A stretch of 64,000 bases of DNA, from the NCBI GenBank assembly GCA_973895155.1, contig OZ316895.1, forward strand, positions 11,603,858-11,667,857, read 5' to 3'. The notes beneath the pieces were generated by a model. It had not been told where the DNA came from. It searched no databases and saw only the letters and a program-made list of their open reading frames with translations. The position numbers were made by a program, and so were the translations under genes. The first letter of the stretch is position 1. Every line of letters starts with the position of its first letter. Origin of the DNA: Marsupella aquatica. Its lineage: Eukaryota > Plantae > Marchantiophyta. Below, piece after piece: positions 1-12,000 of this stretch.

Positions 1-344
1 TACATTTAACAAACCCCAGTAGGGTTTGGAGATGCTCAACAGGGTGTGGGACCTGATCAGATATGGTATTTACATGCAATTATATTGATGGTAGAGGGTA
101 GTGTCACTATAGGCATGCCCGGACCTGCCAGCAGGTTATAGCCATGACATCACAATTCCAGATTGTGAAGCCAAACCCCATACTCTAAGTGATTGAGAGG
201 GCAACACATTGGGAATTGAAGCCAAACTTAGGGTGGGGCTGATCAAACTGCATGGGTTGCACCTCTGTAATCATGCACACCAAAAGTGCATAAACTTAAC
301 TTCCAGCAGTTACCAATTAAACTAACTTAGGCATCATTCATTGG

Positions 345-690
345 TGTTAGATATTGCTCTTAGTCTTGTTGACTCATGAGCTAACTACAGTTAGTCTAAC
401 TTGGGTTAGGACTTAGCTAATGTTAGCGGTAGTGCTGTTATGCATATAGCCAGGGCTGATGCCAGACCCTGGTGGAACTTAGGCTCATTGTTACGGAGCT
501 AGTTGAGAGATAGGGAGAGGTTGTGCTGTGGATGTTTAGTATGGCCGGTCGGCCTAGAGTGCAGTAAAGCTCTTGTGTGTTCCCGTGGACGTAGCCTCAT
601 GTGGAGGTGAACCACGTATCTCTCTGTGTCGACTCTTGTGCGTTGGATGATTCATGGGCTTGCCGTTACGAATGTCGTCTATGCTCAACA
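345..690 (+). mobile_element. Solo LTR (Copia-like), 346 bp
   Basis: Ends are TGTT...AACA with a perfect 5-bp TSD ATTGG (340-344 and 691-695). It contains CCCGTGGACGTAGCC...AACCACGTA, also present in the Copia LTR at 45905-46258. The 3' half is homologous to 1231-1459. Confidence 0.8.
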
Positions 691-990
691 ATTGGGTAGT
701 GAATATATAGTCAATAAATTAATGCAAGCTTGGTGTGTTTTCCCTCAGCCTGGACGTAAACCTCACGTAACCATGGTAGACTCTATAGATGTTGTTTGAT
801 CGTTCTAAATTAAATCCAAAACAGATCAACTGGCTCCTCATCAAGGGGGTATATCTATAGCAATGTAGACTGCTCATCCTAAGTGTGTGCACTGTCCCTT
901 GCACTGTTCGTCGGAGAGAAGGTGACAAATATAGAACAACGCCATGCTCCAATAGGAGCTCTTGGATTTGGAAACTACGGGAGTCTGTTG

Positions 991-1459
991 TGTTAGGCAT
1001 TTACTCTTAAGTCTAGGGTTACAATTGCAGTTAGAGTCAAAGTTTACTCAAGTTAAGAGTAAATGTTGTAACCAAGTTGGTTTACTCTTAAGTCGCCAAC
1101 TTGGTTACAGTTGGCGACTTAAGAGTCTAGGGTTACAATTTGCAGTTAGAGTCAAAGTTAACATTATTTAGTTGCCAACTGGTTAGGTGTGCTACACACT
1201 ATATCCCAAGCGGTGTTCGCTTGGTTAAAAGGAACTTAGGCTCATTGTTACGGAGCCAGTTGAGAAAAATGGGAGAACTTGTATTGCGGAGATTCGGTAC
1301 AACTGATGGGCCTAGAGTGCAGCGAGGAGGGTAGCAAGGCACTTGTGTGTTTTCATGGATGTAGCCTCAGTTGAGTTAAATCACGTATCTCTTTGTGTCG
1401 ACTACTAATGCGTTGCATGATCATGGGCAAGCCATTGTGAATGTTGTCTTTGCTGAACA
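991..1459 (+). mobile_element. Solo LTR (Copia-like), 469 bp, related to 345-690
   Basis: Ends are TGTT...AACA. Flanks TGTTG (986-990) and CGTTG (1460-1464) form a TSD with one C/T mismatch. It shares GGAACTTAGGCTCATTGTTACGGAGC and downstream sequence with the first LTR. Confidence 0.72.
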
Positions 1460-1589
1460 CGTTGGATTTACTATGAAGGAATTCAAGGGCCCCAAAGCCA
1501 AAAAAAGCCAGGGCTATGCATTTCGATTCAATCCCCCTGTTGAATTATTATTATTGTTGGTTTATTATTTCCCAACCCATTCACAAAAG

Positions 1590-1700
1590 CCCCACTCAAC
1601 TATTCCTTAGATTTAATGATTGCATTAATGAATCCCCACTTTTGGCCATTCAATGGTCTTGAATGATTAATCATTAAATCTAAGGAATAGTTGAGTGGGG
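1590..1700. repeat. Perfect 32-bp inverted repeat with 47-nt spacer
   Basis: CCCCACTCAACTATTCCTTAGATTTAATGATT at 1590-1621 and its exact reverse complement at 1669-1700. Confidence 0.9.
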
Positions 1701-3051
1701 TTGAGGGATGGAGGATGGGTGGGGCAAAGGAAAGGGTGGCTTCACTGGTGATTATCTCAAGATTTTGTGCGTATACACTGTGTTAAATTCCCAACATTCC
1801 TCTGGCACCACACAGAACATAGCGTAAACACATTTTTATCCCTTAAACCATAAACCCCACCCCCAATACCCTAAAATTGGCAGCATAAAATATAAATCAA
1901 TCCATACTATTATGTCATAGTTTGTATTGTACTCCACCTCCAAAGATACATTGTAAAATGCAAGGTAAAATGACCATTTATGTTGTCAGATCTTCCGCTC
2001 TGTGCAACTTACTTTGCATATATATCACAGTGTCAAAAGGCAAAAAATGCCAAACCGGGAGACAAGATCCCAAAGGCAAAACAACCCAAAGAAGGGGAGT
2101 AAAAGAGGAGAAAGGGCCCCAAGGAAAAACAAACCAAGGGTCCAGACATGTTGCAGACGTAATAGTATGGATTGATTTGTGACATCCGGGAGTGGTACTT
2201 TGCCAGCCCCGATAAAACGTTACTGCACAGTTTACAATGTCTATGATGACATTAAAATTGATAACAAAGCATCCTAAGACTCCCCTTATGTTGTCCCGTC
2301 AGTGGGCATATAGGGCATATAGCTGGCGCATTCTAAGCCACACCCTATTTTAACATTCACAATAAAGTCTAATCTAAATGTAACTAGTTTATAAAACACA
2401 AGCTATCATATTTTATTCAAGAATATTGAAACAATGATTATAAAAAGTAAAATGAAATAAACATATCATTAAAGTGAATAGATAACGGTACTCTCTGGGT
2501 GAAACACAAGTACAATTCAATGTACCTTGTTGTAGATATAGTATTTTGTGATTGAAAGCGAAGCAAACTAAGTTTGTACCTTTCTAAATTTTTGGGGGCT
2601 CTCTTTTTAGGTGGGGCTTCTCTGTTTAGGTGACACCAATTGACCTATAAACCATAATTATTGTAATTCTTTTAAACAATAGACATATAAGCTACCGGGC
2701 ATGGTTGGATTGTGTCCTAGTTGCCTGGTTGAGTTTGGAGAGTGTTTGAAGAGTTATATAGTATCAAGAAATTCTCATGAAAATGAGGAGTGCTTATTGC
2801 ATAAATACACAATAAAACTAGAGGGATAACATAAATTATTATACTAAAAAGATTAAAAGAAGTTTTAGCATGTCTACTTAAAACTAAGTACTTGAAAAAA
2901 TTACAGGGGTTGAAAGAAATTATTAAAATCAGAAAAATACAAAGTAAAAGCATAGAATAGACCAAATTGACATAAAAATATATAACAAACAATACTATTA
3001 AGACAAGGTAACCAAAGTGTGTCCTGCCATATATTACATCATTCTAGTGCA

Positions 3052-3169
3052 TATCTACTTTCAGGCCGACAATAGTTTATTTTAATGTACTTGGAAAAGA
3101 ACTGCCATTTTATCTACTTTCAGGCCGACAGTAGTTTAGTTTAATGTACTTGGAAAAGAACTGCCATTT
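3052..3169. repeat. Tandem duplication, 59-bp unit x2
   Basis: TATCTACTTTCAGGCCGACA...GAAAAGAACTGCCATTT at 3052 and 3111, with 2 mismatches. Confidence 0.9.
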
Positions 3170-3522
3170 TGACAACATTCAAGAATGTCATATAAGGCGC
3201 CATTAGAAATGAGCCCTGATTTACGTTCTTTCGATGACTTTCACAGATGACGTAAAAGCGGTCCTGAAATGACATGTCAAACAACATAAAAAGCTGAAAA
3301 ATGTAGTTGTGATATACATGGAATCAATTGGAGTGGGGCCCAAATGCCAAAATATGGGGAGAGTTGTCGGTCCCATATTTTAGACCACCTCTCTTGGAGG
3401 TCTCTTCATCTGGTAGTTTGGTCCATTCCTATTTTGAGTCTTCTACATGAAAGCAGACCCACATCCCCTCATCAGATTTCTTTTGTCAAAACAAGAAGAG
3501 CCCCTAAACCATGTCCTGTTCA

Positions 3523-6500
3523 CGTAATCTAGGTCGACCTTATGGGTTACCGGTGGGTAGAGTGATTAGGGCATGATCGTTATTTACGTTATATCCAGCC
3601 CTGACACGTAAGGAATCCCGTTATTCATGCACCTGACACAACTGGGGTCCATAATGGGCCCTCCTGAATGTCATGACTCACTCAGTCCTGACACAACTAA
3701 GGCACATAAGTTAGGGCCCTGACACAAGAATATGAGGCGCTCCTTTACAAAATTTGTATATTCCTTTCATTTTTTTTGTTTCACACCACACAATGTGTTT
3801 CCGTGAAAATATTACACTTTATAGAATGTCATTTTTTGTTTCACACCATACAATGTTTCCGTGGAAACAATACACTTTATAGAATAAAAGAAAATATTGC
3901 ACTTTATTCAGCGGGGATCCTGAATGATCGACCCTGAAAACTTGATACTGAAAATTCAGCAGGGGATGGGAACTCATCAACTCTGAAAGCTTACTGCTTA
4001 GAATTCAACTTTGAATGGGCCTGTGATAGCTTGAAAAGCTTTAAGTACAATCCAATGATCTTCGATGAGTATATTCGGTCCTCAACTATTGGTGTAACTA
4101 CACTATCATACTTGTATTCTCTGTCTAAATTCCTAGCTAGAAGCTGCACTAAATCTAACTCACTTTTCGGCCACTGCATCACTTGGGGACTCCTTCTCTT
4201 TGTCCTTGGCTTGAACAATCTTGATAGTTAGGTTGCAATTCTGGAACGAATTGTTAGCCAAGCTGTTTGCAATTGAGACGGTTGATGCATCCCCTTTCAG
4301 ATACGTCAGTTGGCTATTCCCTGATTTGACAGACTTTCCTTGTCCCAATCAATCAAATCCAAATCATTCAGGAAGGCTTTGCTCTTCTCAAGAATATCAC
4401 TTGCCACCAACACATCACCCTTCCCATCAGGGATATTCTATGCCACAGACAATACACTGATGTCAAATGTTACCTGAACCATGAGCCATACATTACATCA
4501 AAGACCAAACTGAACAGTGAAGCACATAAACAGTGTTGTACCTGTTATGCTCTGGGAGCTAATGCCAACTACAATGTACATATTTCCCGCACCCTCTCAA
4601 CTAGAGGTGTCACAACATTGGAGTTCCCTGTGGATTCGGCAGCTATCTCACTTGTCCTCCCAATGAGAGGAACCATTGTATTCGGAACTGATGAAGAGCA
4701 AGTAGGTCTTGCACCCTCTCCAATAGTCAAGCATGATGTCAATGGATTCAAACTCGCTGAAGATCCCACAACCTGCTCCTCTACAAATTTATTGGACATT
4801 TCAAGCAAGGTAGACTTATAACTCAACATGGGATTTGACGCAACAAGAGTGGCAGCTTCCATCTTTACTGCTTTAGTTCAATCGTACCTCAAGTACACGC
4901 TCTTAGTATGATGCCCCGAAAAAAGCATTCCAACTTCATCTAGGACTCCCCTTGCTGCCATGCGTGTGATCAGAGTCGCTCGTCCAGACCGATTGCTGAA
5001 AAGATCTGTAGGCAAACCAACTAACTTTAGCATGTTCACAAGCCATCGACTGGTTCTCTCCTTCTAAACTTTATGTACCTTATTGTACCAGATATTGCTC
5101 ACTGGATTAATGATTGAACCCATAAACAAGTCAGGCTTTGCCCCTTCCTCAAGCGGAGGCATGTGTGCAGGTATTGCTTCACTGTAAGCACAAAATCAGC
5201 CTCAAAGCTGTGAAAAACGTTTTGAAACTGCTCTTCATTGTATCGCTCGAGAGTATAGGAGTTGTTCTTGCTCTGCCTCTCCTCAAAACTGCAGACCATC
5301 ACCTTGAACAGATCCATTAGTAAAATAGAGACCTCATGTTAACCAAATTCAAAGTAAAACTAAATGAGTCAAAAGCAATCAAATCTTTATGCTCACCGAA
5401 CATAGTCTTGCCCTTCCTTGTCTTGCCAGATATTGACATCATCACAATGCAGATCCTACAACTCTTGTCCTCCGCAAATTCCCAGCCTCACCAGGAAGAA
5501 AAATGCTAGGCGCTTCTGACAGCCAAGGGAGAAGTTAATTTGATGATCCATGTCAATTAGAATTGCATTCTCCATCTCCTCTGTAAGGGTCGCAACCTGT
5601 AAACAGAAGAAATTGTTAGGTTCAGACCGACAGCAGAAACTACTGATGCAAAGATTCATGTCTTACAACAACTGACCTTCTTTGTCTTCTTATTCACTCC
5701 ATCCTTCACACTCTTGCGAATGGCAGCTTTCAGAACCAAACGAGTTTTTGTAAAACTTGCATGCTTGCAGATGTTAAAATCTCTATCAACAAGGTTCCCT
5801 TCTCCTTTCAAAGCCCTCATCTCACTTGCATGTCTAATGACACAGTTCGAAGTATTCATCAGGCCCATTAGCGTGGATGAAGGGTACTGTTGGCCATCAA
5901 GTTTCACAACTCGAGAAAAAACATTGCTCAGAAGCTCATCTAACATCACCAAAGACAAATCTCCAAGTGGAATACTCATATCCCACTGTAATGCCTCCCG
6001 TAGTAGATTAGCTCGATTCGTAGCCCACCGATCATTGTGCTCAGAGCCCCGCTTCTCCTTCCCTTTCCTCGCATCAAACAACAACGGGTCAGCGACAACT
6101 CTAAATCCTTGAACCTGTACTTCGACCTGCATTGGCTCCCCAGGCGGCACAACATTCGCCTCATTATGAGGCACGATTGCATCACATGAGGATTCTTCGA
6201 TCGAAGGGCATTCATCAACAAAAGAGCACTGTCCGACAGATGTTGTCTCATCAAAAACACTCGACAATTCAGATCCGGAAAAGTCATAGGGTTGGCTAAG
6301 CTCATTCAAGAACAGGATGTCGAGGTCTCCTCCAACTTCCTCTCCCTCTACAAACATCAACTCTCCATCACTGCAATCTCCCATCCTTTGACCACGAACT
6401 ACTTTGCAACCAGGCAACATTGAGCGCACAGAGTTAGTGATAGCAGAAAATGACCCCACTACTTCGACACACTGACCCATACCCTAAAAGTCATGGATCA

Positions 6501-7378
6501 GTTTGTAAGCTTATACTGAATAAGAAACATAGACAGATCACACGGATTTTGTTGCAACTTTTGAGCCAGTCAAGTTGCTCAAGTAACGCCATTGATACTC
6601 CCAATCCCCGCTTCCAGCATTCAAAATCCAAGAGATGGGAAGAAACACAAATTTAAATTACTCCCGCTTCCATTCAGTTGCGCAGATAAGTTGAGTAGTC
6701 ATCAATCCTTCACATCAAGTAGTTGCCCACCGCGCCTCCCGTTCTGCAAGCACCATTCAAAACCCCATGTTACATCGAGTACTTCCGACCGCGCCTTGCA
6801 GAAGCTTAAAAAAGCACGTGAAAAAGACTGACAAGAACATTGCGATGAAAAGCTTCTCAAGAAACTACAACAGAACTGCAAGAGGATTGCTGATCCAACT
6901 GAGATAGGAAACTTTGGTAGAAAGCAATATAAGGAACCACAAGAAACTGTGACAAAACTGCAATAGAAATGCCACCGCCCTCACGAAGTCCTCTGGCATC
7001 CAACAACTGCAGTAGAAATGAAATTGCGCCAAGATCTCCTCTGCCAAAGCTGCATCTATGAAGTGCAAACAATCAATCAAACTGCAGCAAAAAGGCGATT
7101 TGAGTATTCAAAACTACAACAAACTGCGATACAAACTGTCGTCCCTTGCTGAACTGGTTCGACGACAAGTGAAGCTATCCCGCTCGATATCTCCTTCCGC
7201 AAATGGGGCATTGACAAACAATCGGTCCACAATCGCACCGCCTTTTCCATTACAAACCTAAAATGGAGACGAGATCGCATATCCCGCTTGTTTACCCCCC
7301 CTCCCCGAGTGGTCGTCCTTTACTGCTGATTTGTCGCACCGTCAGTAGCCGGTAACCCATCGATTGACCTAGATTACG
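3523..7378 (-). mobile_element. Crypton-like tyrosine-recombinase DNA transposon (decayed)
   Basis: Imperfect ~30-bp inverted repeats, CGTAATCTAGGTC-N6-ATGGGTTACCGG (3523-3553) and CCGGTAACCCAT-N5-GACCTAGATTACG (7349-7378), enclose a YR pseudogene. There are four CCTGACAC motifs at 3599-3728. No RT, RNase H or gag is visible inside. Confidence 0.7.
3991..6480 (-). pseudogene. Tyrosine recombinase of DUF3504/Crypton type, spliced, with stops and frameshift
   Basis: Manual translation gives LLSNVFSRVVKLDGQQYPSSTL...FTKTRLVLKAAIRK (DUF3504-like N-part) and GT-AG introns at 5597-5676 and 5289-5396. Box I reads RLGI(C)GGQEL* with the catalytic Arg as TGC. Box II reads FSNRSGRATLITRMAARGV...SGHHTKSVYLRYD* (4878-5000). 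A C-terminal FQNCNLTI motif lies near 4230. Confidence 0.8.
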
Positions 7379-9078
7379 CACATTAACTCACATCTAGGCC
7401 GTCCGTTACCACCCCATACCCGGGGCACCCCGTTACAGGCCAGTAAGGGCCACCTAGAGGTGAGTTATCCTACACTAACCTCTACACTGGAGTTCCTTTT
7501 GGTAACTATACTGGCTATGCAAGCCAGTGCAAATCTTGGAGGGAATTCTTTCACTCCCTCCGGATTGATGAATACAGCAAGAGAGCTCAGAAATCTGCGG
7601 CAATGTACCCAAGAGGATGCAGACCGTCATTGCACGCAGCAGCAGGGTTTTTGAGAACGAGGGAGTCTCTACAATGCGGCAAAATTGCTCGGTCAAATGC
7701 AGCTGGAATGCTCAGTAACAAGTTTTAAGAACTGTTCATATTGTTTGGAAATTGGAAGTGCTTCAAGAAGGCTTTAATTAAGAGAGAGCCGGAGAAGCAG
7801 AATGTACTTGAGAACCTGGAGGAGGCGTGAGGAGGCATCCTCTGTTGCATTTGACACTAAAATTAAAACTTTGGACACCTCTAAATGAAAGCCTTCAAGA
7901 AGGCGGTAATCAATGAGACCTTTAGCAAGGAGAACCCCTCCTGGTAGGCCTTTACTTGCACTTCGAGAGTTCCAAAGAGGTTTACCTTACACATTAAAAC
8001 GGGACGGTATAATTGCCGCCCTCCGACTTCAGGGCTCCAAACATTCAATAATCACTCACAATTTGCCAATGTTGGTGGAAGCAGGCAGGGGATGGGCCAA
8101 TTGTCAAGGATGGTTTGCCTTACATGTGTTTACGACATTTACCCCTCACAGAAAATTGAACATCTCTTTTCATGAACTTGCTACTCACGGTTCGAGTGAA
8201 CAGAACACCGAATGAAAATTCTCGAAGGTCCACAAAAAGAGAACTTATAATACCAAAGGGATGGACGTCCTCAACACTCCGAACAGACATGTTATGCTTT
8301 TACTTTCAGCACATCGGCCAGGTGTTGTGTACCAAAAACAAGGACTTGGTGTATTGAAAAAACATAACCCAAAAACCTGTTGTGTTCAATCCTCGGAGAG
8401 TATCGTCGTGCACCAAATCAATTCTATCCATCACCAAGGATGAAGTCCTGAGAAAGCAACTTGTGTTGTATTTATCACCGAAATGGGTATGTCCGGGAGC
8501 AAATCTATTACCAGAGTGGTATGTGCGGAAGACAATAGCCTCTTTTTCCTCGGGAAGCAGAAATTTCGGTGTCTAAAACCGGACAACACAAATATATCTT
8601 CTGCGGGTCTTCACAAACATCAACTGGACAGGGTACTGTTCAAAGATTGACTCACATTTCAATCATATTCACGCGTTTTGGTAATACTTTTGCACAAAAG
8701 CGGATGTTTGTAATCTAGATTGACATTCAGATTCCTGACCACATCGAAACATTCATTTCTCGTAACTGAGAAGCTTTCTTCAACAATGAGGTACAAATAA
8801 TCAAGCTCAACTTAAACATGCGTAATCGACGACAGTGAATGAATGAATGGATGAATGAATAATGAATGAATATACATCATCTACACAATGATACATCTCG
8901 TATCGCTAGACATTACGTTGGATGCTATAACTAATATTAAGTCTAATTTCATTGAATGGAATATCGTCCTCCGCTGGACACTATTTACAGTAACTATTTG
9001 TGAAAGCGTCTGAAGGATTTCACATTTGAATTTCACTATGGCCTTTGCACGCCATTAAAATAGTTAATATCTATCTGG

Positions 9079-12000
9079 TCATGAGTCTGAAATTCTCCGT
9101 TGAAGAACCTGCGAAAACCATCGTGCAGAGTCCTTTGGGTAGCGCTTCAAATTGTCATTGTGGTCTATGTAGACGAGTCCAAAATTTGAGTCAAATCCAC
9201 GATCCCACTCCAAATTGTCGGTGAGTGACCAGGCAAAGTAGCCACGTACGTTTACCCCGTCCCTGCAATTCAATCAACAAATTTTATAGGTATCCAACTT
9301 CGGCCGATAAATTAATCATAAGAACATATCCACGCAGGACCTACATATGACCAGTCCTACACATTGCAAGTTGCCTTCACCACAGAAGAAATTCCAGGTC
9401 ATTTACGACTCCATATAGTGAAGTGTCTGTGACGTTTCTTACCTGACAGCTTCAAGTAGTGCAGATAAATAATTGTCGTAAAATTCGATCCTTACTGTGT
9501 CATGCAATGAATCCTCCATGGACAAAGAGAACTTAGAATCCATCCCTACAATTAACGTAACAGTCCGACAGAAATGTCAATTTCAATAAGACATGCTCGT
9601 TATGACACAGTCAAATGAGTTAAAGAAATGTTTGGCTATGTAATCATTCTTTCATGGACATGTTTCACCCAGCTACAAATTGGAAAACGATGAACTCTTC
9701 GGAACATTGGGATCAAGTCCATCTTCAGTTCAGCAAGAAACGTCAGGGTGATCAGTGTGGATACCATCTTCAGTGACAAACAGGGGTGTCTCGTATCGTT
9801 GCCAGGTCCATTTGAGAAGGTTGCGTATTCCCCAGGGGACCACCACCAACCAAGGAGAAGCCGCCTGCAAACACAAACAACTACAAAGTTAGTCCAATAT
9901 ACATAGAAATGGAGAAACATTATTTGCTAGAAAGACGCGTGGTAGAGTCGGGCACGGTACGGTTATAACTCAATGATACCGAACGGTCCCTCGCTAACAT
10001 TCTGAACCAAATAGCTTTTGGAAAAGCTTTCGAGACAATATGCTTTCAACCCCAACAAGCTGTGAAGGGACGGACTTCATAGTCCGAAATGATCGCAACT
10101 TGGAGTGGATCTTCCTTCGTTCAGTCCTTCCATATACTATCCAAGATTGAAAGGATGACTATAACAATTTAAGTTGACAGAAAGACATGAAACAGAAAAG
10201 TTGATGGAAATGCCAGTACCCGTGGTCCAATTTCGATGCCATCCTTTGACGCTGCGCAACAAAGAACCTTAAGAGTCAAAACTGTCTGTTAAATCAATGA
10301 GCACACCACCAAAAATGAACTCGCTAAACACTGATATGCTATCAGTACGAAACGCAAAACCTGAACTGAGTACCCAACAACGAGCACTCTTTAGCTCCCG
10401 TGGACCATAGAGGTATTGATTCATTCCTGTTTCCCCAACAGGAGAAGTTCTATCTACATGGGTTGCCAGAAGAGTTCCCACATCAAATTTGGATTCGAAA
10501 GCGGTTTAGGGGATCAAATGTCGTATGAAACGCACCACAACAAATCCATCTAACAGATTGTGAGAGTCGCAAAGCATGGGATGCCAGAGTACCTGGCCCG
10601 AAATTCTTTCAATTAACTAATATTAGATATTCATCGTTAAAGGGTACAGATCGATGAATTACTTAAGGTGCTGATATGTTGATCAAGTGCCGGAGTCGGT
10701 TCCTCATTGGGGGAAGGACCAGGTCCAGATGTGACCCAACGAGAAGTATAATAATTGAGCCCAATAAAATCCAGCGATCCTTTGATGAGGGAAACTTGCT
10801 CGTCGGAAAATGTTGGGAGCCGAAGACCCACAAGCTCTCGCATTATGACTGGATAATCACCAAAGATCAAGGGATCCAGAAACCTGCAAAGAGTTAAGCA
10901 GTGACATTTTATTTGGTGTCAAGCCAAGTGAAGTGACGATTAAATGCTCCCAGCTTGTCAAATGACCCTCAATTTGTTCAATTGATAAGCTGACTTGAAA
11001 TTTTTTGAAAATTGAAAGATTTCGAAGTAGGCAAGAAAACGAAAGACAGTCGACTTTCGTTCAAAGTTTACACTCATGAATGAAACAAATTGTCTCCAAT
11101 CCAACGTAGAGGTTCTCCAGGTTCACCGGGACCACTTACCAGCCAAGTTGGAAGATGCCATTTCTGAGGGCTGCTTTAGTGTCTTCTACCGAATCGGTTA
11201 GAGGTTCTCCCCATATGCAATCCACTGTAAATCCGATCTCTCCTTTCTGCTTTGTCTGCAATATCGAGTCCCAACAAACATCGGATTCTTGTCATTTTAA
11301 ACTGATTTGTTGAATTACGGAAGTAGTATCATTGTGAGGACAATACTCGAGAACATGTCAGTCCCTAAGTTGTAGCAGTTCTATGTTATGAAATTTATGA
11401 AATGGATAAATTCTTCTTCAATACCAATTATCCAATTGATGACGGCAAAGATCAGTCTGATGTACATATTTAAAGCTACAGATTTAGTTTTGATATCCCG
11501 GTTCAGTGTATGTAAACGAACCCGAAATTCACACTATGAGTGGACCCCCCACCATGTGGTCCAAGTTGGTCCCGTATATAAGTCAAGCAAAGGGACGCTC
11601 ACACCTACATACTGAGGAGGGAGTCGCGGACTCCAACTTAGAGATTCGTGGGCTAATTGATGCAGACGCACTACTATCGTAAAGCAGACATGAATGGAAT
11701 CGATGGAAGCCAGGATTTGAAATCTTTCGTACTGGACTTAGACTGGACAGATTGATTCTAACCGGTCTACGCAATAAGACAGAAAGTCACCAACTTAGTT
11801 TCTTGGATGAGCATTGCAGAGAAACTTCATCGCTGCAAGTAATGATCTCACCAATACCACGATTTTTATGCATTATCTTTCACCATTGGGAGTTGTCTTT
11901 TTTTTGTGTGTGTGTGTGGGGGGGGGGGGGGTGTTAAACTAAAATTTTCTAGTGTGATTCTACTTGGAACTTTAGTAGTTCATTGGGTTTTCTCCAATGC

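Noticed and set aside
6480-7280. Possible 5' exons or second gene of the YR element
   Set aside because: Short ORFs only; no supportable splice model or motif.
7460-8640. Coding-like stretch, possibly a decayed TE ORF
   Set aside because: The frames I translated are interrupted and I recognised no motif.
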